Virus record (IMG/VR): IMGVR_UViG_3300009104_000016
Coordinates: 4,337-68,336 of that record
DNA length: 64,000 nt
Direction: 5' to 3' (one strand)
DNA from: a virus
Shown here: piece after piece, positions 56,889 to 64,000 of the stretch
Position numbering within the stretch: the first letter of the stretch is position 1
Layout: each line of letters opens with the position of its first letter
Made by a program: the position numbers and the translations under genes
The notes under the pieces: generated by a model
The model's database searches: none
Told to the model about the DNA's origin: nothing
Seen by the model: the letters and a program-made list of their open reading frames with translations, nothing else

Positions 56889-58088
56889 ATGGCTACATAC
56901 ACACACAACAAAATGGCAACTAACGCCAACAAAGGGCACCGCCGCTGGGGTCACATCTCCGGCGTAGTAGGTAAGGAAATCAGCGACAAAGACCGCCCCC
57001 GACGTCGTTCTCGCAACGGCGGCAAATACTTCACGCGATTCGTGGACGGTCTCCGTTCCCGGTTTAGGGCTTTTGCGATAGCCATGGACGTGATCAACAA
57101 CCGAGGCGTTCCGAGGCAGCGGAAATACCCAACGATCAAGAGGCTGATTAGACTCAACACCCCCTTCGGAGCTCCCAAGGGAATGACGTACGACGGGCAG
57201 TCCGTAATGCGCTCCAACAAAAGCGCAGGCGACAAGACTCTTATCCGGGTAACGGAGCCAGCGGTCCTGCCATTGGCCGCCGATTTTTCGGGAGTTCCAC
57301 TTGCCGGGAATATGCCGCTTACCGTGGTATTCACCAATACTTCGACGAACGCCAATACGTATCTTTGGGAGTTCGGAGACGGCAATACTTCCACAGCTAC
57401 TAGCCCGACACACACATATACCACCGATGGGCCTTTCGAGGTGAAGTTGACAGCGACGGGAGCGGGAGGGGCGACGGATGTCAAGATACGCAGCAATTAC
57501 GTTACGGTCACCAATCCGAAATTCTCCATAACCCTAAAGTACGATTATTCTGAATCTCCGGGCGGTGCTTGGGTAAATAATCACACACGCGCTCAGGAAT
57601 TTAGTATAGCCTCTATGGGCCAATCCGATGTTGAGTTCTACGTAATAGGCACAGGACACCCGCACACCCATGACTACGTTCAGGAAAGAGCACGGGTTAG
57701 GAACCTCTCCCTCATTGATGCTCAGGGCAGGGAGGAGGTGCTCGTCATGAAGGCATACCTCCAAAACGTAGGAGAATTCAACGCGAATAACCATCCCCGA
57801 TGGCAATATCATGGACTGGGCCACGCGAATAACGGCGCGGTATGGAATGCCGCTGGTTCAAATAACGGGCTGAACCACCCTCTTGTTAAATGGCGATCCG
57901 ACACTGCGTTTGACGGACTCGGTCACAGCTTCCCCGCAACAATGCGGACAATGGGTAACGGGGGTACCGGTACCGGTTCCGGGGGTAACGGAACTGCCGT
58001 GGGCGCCCTTCTTGCAGTCCTCGTGGATCTACCGGAATTCGAATTGATAGACCCCACCGACCCGTCTCTAGGCTGGAAGTTCAAATGA
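56889..58088 (+). CDS. Basic N-domain + PKD domain + C-terminal beta domain (decoration protein)
   Basis: ADFSG.P..G..PLTV.FTNTS....YLWEFGDG.TST..SPTHTY is a PKD domain. Confidence 0.85.
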   Translation: MATYTHNKMATNANKGHRRWGHISGVVGKEISDKDRPRRRSRNGGKYFTRFVDGLRSRFRAFAIAMDVINNRGVPRQRKYPTIKRLIRLNTPFGAPKGMTYDGQSVMRSNKSAGDKTLIRVTEPAVLPLAADFSGVPLAGNMPLTVVFTNTSTNANTYLWEFGDGNTSTATSPTHTYTTDGPFEVKLTATGAGGATDVKIRSNYVTVTNPKFSITLKYDYSESPGGAWVNNHTRAQEFSIASMGQSDVEFYVIGTGHPHTHDYVQERARVRNLSLIDAQGREEVLVMKAYLQNVGEFNANNHPRWQYHGLGHANNGAVWNAAGSNNGLNHPLVKWRSDTAFDGLGHSFPATMRTMGNGGTGTGSGGNGTAVGALLAVLVDLPEFELIDPTDPSLGWKFK

Positions 58089-58960
58089 CCGACATAGTAA
58101 TATTCGATCAGCTCACGAACCAAGAAAGGACAACGATATGAAAAGACCACCACCAAAGAGCTTAGGTGATCGGGTTTTGCCGTGGTATAAAGGCCCATTC
58201 CTGCGAAGAAAAGAATTCTCCCTTCGCCGACGGCGCCCCGAGTGCCATTTCAAGTCGGTTCGCCGGACCCCCGACGTAAGCGAGCGGGCGTGGGGCGCAA
58301 CGTATAACGACGGCTGGGTGAGCAAGAATAAGCGGCATGCGGGCAGACCCGAAGCGAGAAAGGCGTTTTTTGGAACCTATCCAGGGGCCTTCTCCCAAGC
58401 CGTCGACCGAGAATATCGGCATAGGTATGATCCGAAGCATGCCCGCCCGGAGTGCAACACTCTAACGACTCCCGACCCCGACGTCACCTTCCAGCTGCAG
58501 ATCGATTACCAGATGAACGGTGCTAGAACGCAAACGTTTAATCTGAACACCAATAACATGGGGAGCGTGGAGGAGAAGATAATCAGAACGAGTGCGAATT
58601 CCGCAGGCGTAAACAACCCGACGACGACATTAGGTCAAGACTTCAAAATCACGGATCAGGCCGGAGAGCAGCGAAATGCCGTCCTTACGCCCTATACCGA
58701 CGCCAATGACCCGCTTTGCGTGTCCGACCCCGCTCTATTAGCGTGGTTGGCCTCCAACGACTACGTTCACAATGCATTCTACGGCTCCTCCCAGTTCGGG
58801 GGGCCCGTGGTAAACAAGACGCACAGACAACTCAAGTCCGACACCATCCTTGACGCATCCAAAAAATACCAACTGCTCGTGAAAATCCAGCTGCCCGAGT
58901 TTATGATCGACAGTCAAGGCCGCTTTATCTTCAAACCGTGACCGACATAGTAATATTCGA
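58086..58960 (+). repeat. 22-nt direct repeat TGACCGACATAGTAATATTCGA (58086-58107, 58939-58960)
   Basis: Duplicated 5' end of gene 58938, flanking gene 58138. Confidence 0.95.
58138..58941 (+). CDS. Basic N-domain + C-terminal domain shared with 56889..58088
   Basis: ITDQAG...VLTPY, KSDT.LD and LPEF.ID...FK match LIDAQG...VMKAY, RSDTAFD and LPEFELID...FK. Confidence 0.75.
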   Translation: MKRPPPKSLGDRVLPWYKGPFLRRKEFSLRRRRPECHFKSVRRTPDVSERAWGATYNDGWVSKNKRHAGRPEARKAFFGTYPGAFSQAVDREYRHRYDPKHARPECNTLTTPDPDVTFQLQIDYQMNGARTQTFNLNTNNMGSVEEKIIRTSANSAGVNNPTTTLGQDFKITDQAGEQRNAVLTPYTDANDPLCVSDPALLAWLASNDYVHNAFYGSSQFGGPVVNKTHRQLKSDTILDASKKYQLLVKIQLPEFMIDSQGRFIFKP

Positions 58961-59228
58961 CCAGCTCGCCGACATCAAGCGGCTCACGAACGATGAGGCT
59001 TTTATCCATCTTGAGAAGCGCTTTCAAACGGAAAGGGGCAGATACCTCGCGAAGATGCTCGATCCCAATGCGACCACGGAAGAAACTCTTGGTAACAAGG
59101 CCGTCGTTAACGCGCTTGAGAAGGTATCTCCTATGGCTCTCGCGGAAACAGTCCTCAAAATCGAAGTGAAAAATCGTAAGATCTCCCATCCCGAAATGTT
59201 TAAGGTACGTAAAAATGCAACCGGTTGA
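58938..59228 (+). CDS. Small helical protein typical of post-portal position
   Basis: GTGA coupling. 96 aa. Confidence 0.7.
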   Translation: MTDIVIFDQLADIKRLTNDEAFIHLEKRFQTERGRYLAKMLDPNATTEETLGNKAVVNALEKVSPMALAETVLKIEVKNRKISHPEMFKVRKNATG

Positions 59229-59253
59229 GCCTCTTGGCTAAGTCCTGGATATT
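59218..59253 (+). promoter_or_regulatory. Late-promoter motif CAACCGGTTG / TTGAGC-17-GATATT
   Basis: Overlaps the stop of 58938 and precedes TTG 59263. Confidence 0.6.
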
Positions 59254-59262
59254 AAAAGAGCT

Positions 59263-59430
59263 TTGAGCACAAAAACCACAGACCATATACGTTGGGTTCG
59301 ATTAACCTTATGGAACGATATATGCGGGGTACTCGTACCTGAACTGACGCCTGCGACACGTAATGGAGTCCCGCACAGGCCTCCGCATCCTCTCTGGTTG
59401 GGAGGAAGACCTGTGCCTATTAAAAGGTAA
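59263..59430 (+). CDS. 55-aa protein (MSTKTTDHIRW...), not in the ORF track
   Basis: TTG start after the promoter motif. TAATG coupling to 59430. Confidence 0.55.
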   Translation: MSTKTTDHIRWVRLTLWNDICGVLVPELTPATRNGVPHRPPHPLWLGGRPVPIKR

Positions 59431-59690
59431 TGGCTAATGTACGCACAGTCGCTCATAGGATTTTCAACCGCACCAAACCGGTCTTCCGAATTGTCGCGGG
59501 CAGCAGCATCGTCATGGCGAACCGCCTATGGAACGCCCGTTACGGAGGGGCTCCAAGTGCGGGACCTCCCCCTCCTTCCCCTACGCCTCCTCCCACGCCT
59601 CCTCCTCCCCCGGGTCCCACCAACGCCTTAACCACTCAAGCTGGAGACTTTCTAATGACCCAAGCCGGCGATAACCTAGTATTTGCATAA
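59430..59690 (+). CDS. Small virion protein with poly-Pro linker and LTTQAGDFLMTQAGD tail
   Basis: The L.T..GD.L repeat is common in phage fibre-associated proteins. Confidence 0.7.
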   Translation: MANVRTVAHRIFNRTKPVFRIVAGSSIVMANRLWNARYGGAPSAGPPPPSPTPPPTPPPPPGPTNALTTQAGDFLMTQAGDNLVFA

Positions 59691-59693
59691 GAC

Positions 59694-60509
59694 ATGGCTA
59701 GTAAAAAAATAACCGAACTTGACCCCCTTGGCACCAAACCCAGCGATACCGACCTCTTGGTTGTGGTGGATTTAGCCAACAACAAGACCAAAAAGCTTCA
59801 GGTCAATAAAGCCATGGAAGCGGCCCCCGTGCAGTCGGTCAATGGCGCTGACGGCGCTGTCACCTTCGATTACGTCGAGAGCATCAACGGCAAGAAAGGG
59901 GTCATCCCGTTGCTTAAGCTGGCTGACATAGAAGACTTGCTCTCCGAGCTTGCCCGAATAGAGGCCAAGATCGGGGGTGGAGGAAAAGTCAAACCTTTTG
60001 CCCCGCCCGAGGCAGCTATAAACATTACGACCACCCCGCCGACGTCCTCGCCGACCACGTTTTATTTCGGGACGGATCTCGCCATGGACGATACCGGGAC
60101 CGTCGCCAAACAGGCAAGCAACGGCGCACAAAAGAATATCGTGGCTTGGGACTGGACGATTCCGCTGACCGGGGGAACCAAATACGCAAGCGACAACGTG
60201 ACCCACACGCTTCCAGCGGGGAACACGAACGAAAAGAGCCGCCCATTCACTATCGAATTAACCGTAACGGACAACGCCAAATCGGCGAGCAACAACCAAG
60301 ACGCTTACAACGAACAGGGAACCGTCACGAAGACAATAACTTTGGTACCGGCCCCGCTGGAAGAACCAAAAAACCAAACCATTCAAATCATGTTGCTCAA
60401 CGCCAACTTCAATCCAATTTTAAGGGCCCCCAAAGTGACGCAAGCCGCCGTCCAATGGGAAGACTTCAACGCTTCTCCTAATATCCACGTCTGGAATATT
60501 TACAATTAA
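59694..60509 (+). CDS. Fibre/decoration protein with PKD-like domain
   Basis: KKITEL...DLLVVVD N-terminus, V.S(V/I)NG repeats, IVAWDWT and IELTVTDN. Confidence 0.7.
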   Translation: MASKKITELDPLGTKPSDTDLLVVVDLANNKTKKLQVNKAMEAAPVQSVNGADGAVTFDYVESINGKKGVIPLLKLADIEDLLSELARIEAKIGGGGKVKPFAPPEAAINITTTPPTSSPTTFYFGTDLAMDDTGTVAKQASNGAQKNIVAWDWTIPLTGGTKYASDNVTHTLPAGNTNEKSRPFTIELTVTDNAKSASNNQDAYNEQGTVTKTITLVPAPLEEPKNQTIQIMLLNANFNPILRAPKVTQAAVQWEDFNASPNIHVWNIYN

Positions 60510-60521
60510 CCAATCAAGACC

Positions 60522-62171
60522 ATGCCAGCTCAAGTAACCATATCATTTGATGACGAAAACGACGGACCGGGCGCTAACTCAGAGGACGGTTTCGTCGTAC
60601 TGCGCAAAACAGGGAACGATCCGTGGGACGCTGCGAACGGCATACCGACGTCAGGCGTTACCGTAACCGACGTTCCGGGCGCCGACCATAACCCTTCCAA
60701 TTCCCATACGGACAACACCATTCAGCCGAACCTGAACTATTTTTATCGGATAGTCTATTACCGAGGTACTGCCTGGAGTACGGCGACCGAAAAGAAAGCC
60801 GGGTCCTTGGTGGGACCCGTCCGAGTACCCGGCGCCGGTGAACTGGGGTACCCCAATAACCTCCCTGATGATAATTCTGGCGTGACTTACTCTCTTACTC
60901 ATGAGCCTGTTTTCCACTACGATGCCAGAGAGCACGCGGAAGCGCGAAACTACCTCGGAACCGAACCGCTTTGGGCTAAGATCGGCGGGGATCTTACGCC
61001 GGGGGAAAGATTACCCAATAAGGCCGATACTTACGCCAACAATAATCGGCCCATAGGGGACAAGGTAACCGATGTCGTAGTTGAGATGCCTTCCTTGTAC
61101 CAATGGTCGCCTGATTCGGCGAACGTAGCTCCGATTCCAGTTTTGGGGGACAGGCATACGACAGAGTTTACTTTAGGCGCCAGCTCCAGTATCTACAATA
61201 TGCTCAAACCCTCTTCAAAAGACGGGTTCAACAACACGTTAAATCAGAAATTCTCTGCGATCGTTAACCCGAACAATAACGACTGCATATATTTCAGCGA
61301 GGGCGTATCCATGTTTGTGGTACTGTCTCAGGCTAATATAAACCATACCGCACACCCCTACCCACCGCCGCATAGCAACCCCCGCTTGGCGTTTAAGGAT
61401 ATATCTTCCAATAACGACCACGACCAGAATGGACTGTCGTGGCTATTTAACCTATTCCGTAGCCCCTACGTGAGAACGTACCAATGGGCCGATGCCGCCG
61501 AATACGCAAACTCAACGCTGGCATTGTACGACTGGGCTTCGGGGTCCGACGTCAAGGAACACCACGGTGCTCTTTTCGACGACGGTGGCGGCATTAACCG
61601 CACGCCGTTTAACAGCAATGGTCACACATATAGAGAAGCCCACATGTACCAAGGGCTGAGATACTCCCATTACTACCCTTCGGAACATTCACTAATCGCA
61701 GGCGTCGTTGGGGGCACCTACTCAACTGCCAGCATAAGCCCCCTAGAAAACTATCTTAAGTTCACGCCCGGTGAGGATTTCCCCCATCCGATGTTGTCGA
61801 GCTCTTCTAACGCTACGGACAACCCCGCCCCCATGAATATTCTTTCGTTCATCCACCACGGGGACGACCCGGGGGGTGCGGGCAACAGAAAAGGGCAAAT
61901 AAAAGGTTGGATCAACGGGGGCGGGCCCGCGTTTGAACAGGTCAACCCCTCCACGTTTATAAATGTAGCAGGTGCCCAACACCCGAGTATAATGCCCGTA
62001 ATAAACCCATCTACCTTCAATTTCTTTACGGGCAACGCGAACATAGCGGAAATACTGTTTTTCGACAAGGCGCTCGTGAAATCTGATTTTGACAACATCA
62101 CCGCATACTTGGAAAACCGCTACGCCGGTTATCTGAATACGCAAACCGGATACACGGGACAATTCGCATGA
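60522..62171 (+). CDS. N-terminal FN3 lacking strand A + LamG/ConA-like lectin domain
   Basis: VTISFDD...NSEDGFVVLRK...HTDNTIQPNLNYFYRI is FN3 strands B-F. FHYDA and IAEILFFDKAL....I.AYL..RY mark a LamG-like fold. Confidence 0.7.
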   Translation: MPAQVTISFDDENDGPGANSEDGFVVLRKTGNDPWDAANGIPTSGVTVTDVPGADHNPSNSHTDNTIQPNLNYFYRIVYYRGTAWSTATEKKAGSLVGPVRVPGAGELGYPNNLPDDNSGVTYSLTHEPVFHYDAREHAEARNYLGTEPLWAKIGGDLTPGERLPNKADTYANNNRPIGDKVTDVVVEMPSLYQWSPDSANVAPIPVLGDRHTTEFTLGASSSIYNMLKPSSKDGFNNTLNQKFSAIVNPNNNDCIYFSEGVSMFVVLSQANINHTAHPYPPPHSNPRLAFKDISSNNDHDQNGLSWLFNLFRSPYVRTYQWADAAEYANSTLALYDWASGSDVKEHHGALFDDGGGINRTPFNSNGHTYREAHMYQGLRYSHYYPSEHSLIAGVVGGTYSTASISPLENYLKFTPGEDFPHPMLSSSSNATDNPAPMNILSFIHHGDDPGGAGNRKGQIKGWINGGGPAFEQVNPSTFINVAGAQHPSIMPVINPSTFNFFTGNANIAEILFFDKALVKSDFDNITAYLENRYAGYLNTQTGYTGQFA

Positions 62172-62419
62172 AATACTTAGTAAAAGACAGCCTAAAAGAA
62201 GCGGAAGCTGCGTCCAAAAAGCTTTTGAGGCTCCTGCCCGACTTTCCAAGCTCGTGGGCGGGTGCGCTCTACTCCTCACCACGAGAGTTACAGAACGGCA
62301 AGTTCGCCTTATCTGTTCACCTAGAAGGCCCTTTCAGCCTAGAGGGGTTAGTCAAGGAAAAGGATTTAAAGGAGCTTTCGGCGGAAAAAGACTTTAAGCA
62401 CGAAGACCCCGATGGGTGA
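62168..62419 (+). CDS. Small hypothetical protein
   Basis: ATGA coupling. Confidence 0.7.
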   Translation: MKYLVKDSLKEAEAASKKLLRLLPDFPSSWAGALYSSPRELQNGKFALSVHLEGPFSLEGLVKEKDLKELSAEKDFKHEDPDG

Positions 62420-62642
62420 CCTGAAGGTATTCAACAAAGCTACGTTGGACGATGTGCCCGACGCTCTCGATACTTCGGGAACCGAGACCAATACCGTAGG
62501 TGAGTTGATAGAGAACCTTCAATCGAAGGTAGATACGATTATCCAGGGTGCCCCTGAGGAAATGGACACTCTTCTCGAAGTCAGTAAAGAGCTTGACGAT
62601 GACGCATATCAGGAATTCCTGACAGCGCTTAACGGGGGATGA
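62412..62642 (+). CDS. Small fibre-associated protein (GAP..DTL.E motif)
   Basis: IIQGAPEEMDTLLEVSKEL motif of phage fibre shafts. Confidence 0.7.
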   Translation: MGDLKVFNKATLDDVPDALDTSGTETNTVGELIENLQSKVDTIIQGAPEEMDTLLEVSKELDDDAYQEFLTALNGG

Positions 62643-62962
62643 TCCTCCGGATAGAGGCTCCCTTATCCGAGCCTCCATCCACACCCGTAGTCTTTCGTGA
62701 TACGACGCTCTACGCCTCTATGTGCAGGTTCGATGTGTTGGTAGAGTGCGCAAAAGGAACTCGTTCTCTATACTGGAAATGGTTAAAGCACTACGGGATT
62801 CACGATTACGTAGAACAGTTGATTCTACAAGGAGAAGAAGGGGGCGGTATTAGTATAGGGGTTAACCGTTGCACTATTAACGTAGACAGGCTAACTCCCG
62901 AAAATTTAAATTTTGTGGTAGGGCGTATACAAATGTTTACTCCGCCGAATCCGTGGAAATAG
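62639..62962 (+). CDS. Hypothetical protein
   Basis: ATGA coupling. 107 aa. Confidence 0.65.
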   Translation: MILRIEAPLSEPPSTPVVFRDTTLYASMCRFDVLVECAKGTRSLYWKWLKHYGIHDYVEQLILQGEEGGGISIGVNRCTINVDRLTPENLNFVVGRIQMFTPPNPWK

Positions 62963-63146
62963 TTCTCCAAGTTCCTGCGCTTATGTGGATGTAAAGTTTG
63001 TTAGTGTCAGTTCCCAAGGCAAGGGTTCCCGATGCATCGCTTGTGCGTGCTAATATATTGGTCTCCGAATCCACTATCTTTACCAGCCCCTTGTTATCGC
63101 TAATCTTATTTTTAACATCTGTTCCGATCTGTTCGAGAATGTTCAT
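62937..63146 (-). CDS. Small fibre-like protein (N-terminus paralogous to 63478)
   Basis: MNILEQIGTDV vs MANILSQIGTAV. GTLALGTDTNKLYI....W is a fibre motif. Confidence 0.7.
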   Translation of the reverse strand: MNILEQIGTDVKNKISDNKGLVKIVDSETNILARTSDASGTLALGTDTNKLYIHISAGTWRTISTDSAE

Positions 63147-63325
63147 TTAAAAGGCACCCCCAAACTTTTCTCCACATCGGTAGCGAGATAACGGATTACC
63201 CGTGCGTTGATTTTTTTCTTTCGCCAGCCATAACTTTTTGCCCAACGCCTTACAGTTCCGGCGCTTACGTCCATCCGATCTCTGATGGCACGTGGCGAAA
63301 GATACCTTAATTCTGCCTTCCCCAT
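63143..63325 (-). CDS. Excisionase/MerR-like HTH protein
   Basis: YLSPRAIRDRMDVSAGTVRRW...RVIRY...DV. Confidence 0.8.
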   Translation of the reverse strand: MGKAELRYLSPRAIRDRMDVSAGTVRRWAKSYGWRKKKINARVIRYLATDVEKSLGVPFK

Positions 63326-63379
63326 TTGGGGAGAAAAGCGTTAAGTTCCGCTTTTGTCAATTCAAATTTGAAATAAATA

Positions 63380-63416
63380 CAACCGGTTGAGGGCTGGGGG
63401 CACTTAGTGGCATCTT
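63380..63416 (+). promoter_or_regulatory. Late-promoter motif CAACCGGTTG / TTGAGG-18-CATCTT
   Basis: In the divergent intergenic region before ATG 63478. Confidence 0.65.
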
Positions 63417-63477
63417 ATATGAAACGCTACCTGAAGATGGTCGGAGGGTAGTTTTAAATCCGCAAAAATAATCACTC

Positions 63478-64000
63478 ATGGCTAATATTCTCTCACAAAT
63501 AGGTACCGCAGTCGCCACCAAGGTGTCAGGTCTGCAAAGTCAAATCGACGGCAACGATACAGACATCAGCTCGCTGCAAAGCGACGTATCGACCGCGCAA
63601 TCCGATATCACGTCGAACTCTACCGACATATCGACCAACTCAACGAACATCAGCACCAACGCATCCGCCATCGATACGGTTGAAGCGTCCGCAGGTTTGA
63701 GCGCCGCCGGTGCCTACACCGCCAACGGGGCCACCAACTACTTGACAGGCGTTGCCACGTTGAAGGCAGCTGACGAAGCTCTCGACTCTCAAGTCAAGGT
63801 CAACGCCGACGATATCTCCACCAACGGCAGCAACATCAGCACGCTCCAGTCGGACGTGTCCTCGGCCCAATCCGATATCACCAGCAACGACAGCGACATC
63901 TCCGACTTGCAGACTCAAGCCGGTTCGATCGCTTCCGACGGTAACAGCGCCACCTTCAGCGGCAATCTCTCAGCCGCCGACTTGACGCTCTCCGGTGATC
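63478..64000 (+). CDS. Coiled-coil fibre protein, 3'-truncated
   Basis: MANILSQIG... is open to the window end, with DISSLQSDVS.AQSDITSN heptad repeats. Confidence 0.8.
   Translation, partial: MANILSQIGTAVATKVSGLQSQIDGNDTDISSLQSDVSTAQSDITSNSTDISTNSTNISTNASAIDTVEASAGLSAAGAYTANGATNYLTGVATLKAADEALDSQVKVNADDISTNGSNISTLQSDVSSAQSDITSNDSDISDLQTQAGSIASDGNSATFSGNLSAADLTLSGD

Noticed and set aside
1-64000. tRNA genes, integrase/att sites, stop-codon reassignment
   Set aside because: No cloverleaf or integrase was recognised by eye. Genes are long and tightly coupled under the standard code, with all three stops used.

Overview
A 64-kb segment of a tailed dsDNA bacteriophage genome, probably podovirus-like and using the standard genetic code. 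The host cannot be read from the sequence; a marine PVC/Verrucomicrobia-type host is only a guess. Four blocks are visible. (1) 1-7.7 kb (+): tail/neck genes. (2) 7.6-19.3 kb (-): GC-rich replication module with AEP primase-SF3 helicase, family A DNA polymerase, SSB-like protein, split Cas4-like nuclease, SF2 helicase, RuvC-like resolvase and several HTH/RHH regulators. (3) After a repeat-rich non-coding switch region (19.3-20.3 kb), an A/C-rich early/host-takeover block, 20.3-31.6 kb (+), with HD, MYG1, DUF932, Gp88-like, HhH glycosylase and rIIB/rIIA genes. (4) 32.6-64 kb (+): late block with serine protease, terminase, a 4856-aa multidomain virion protein, portal and fibre/decoration genes. 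No capsid, integrase, tRNA, CRISPR array or reverse transcriptase was recognised. The best candidate for a new system is a split fibronectin type III (FN3) docking system. A tail nozzle-like protein appears split over two genes that together carry 22 copies of PGAPSxISA, the typical first (A) strand of FN3. Two separate genes encode FN3 domains that lack exactly that strand: one stand-alone with its own promoter, one carrying a lectin-like cargo. Other highlights are a CAACCGGTTG palindrome overlapping -35 at six late promoters, a ~230-nt structured RNA candidate, repeated gene insertion with duplication of start junctions, and linker-flanked cassettes inside the giant protein.
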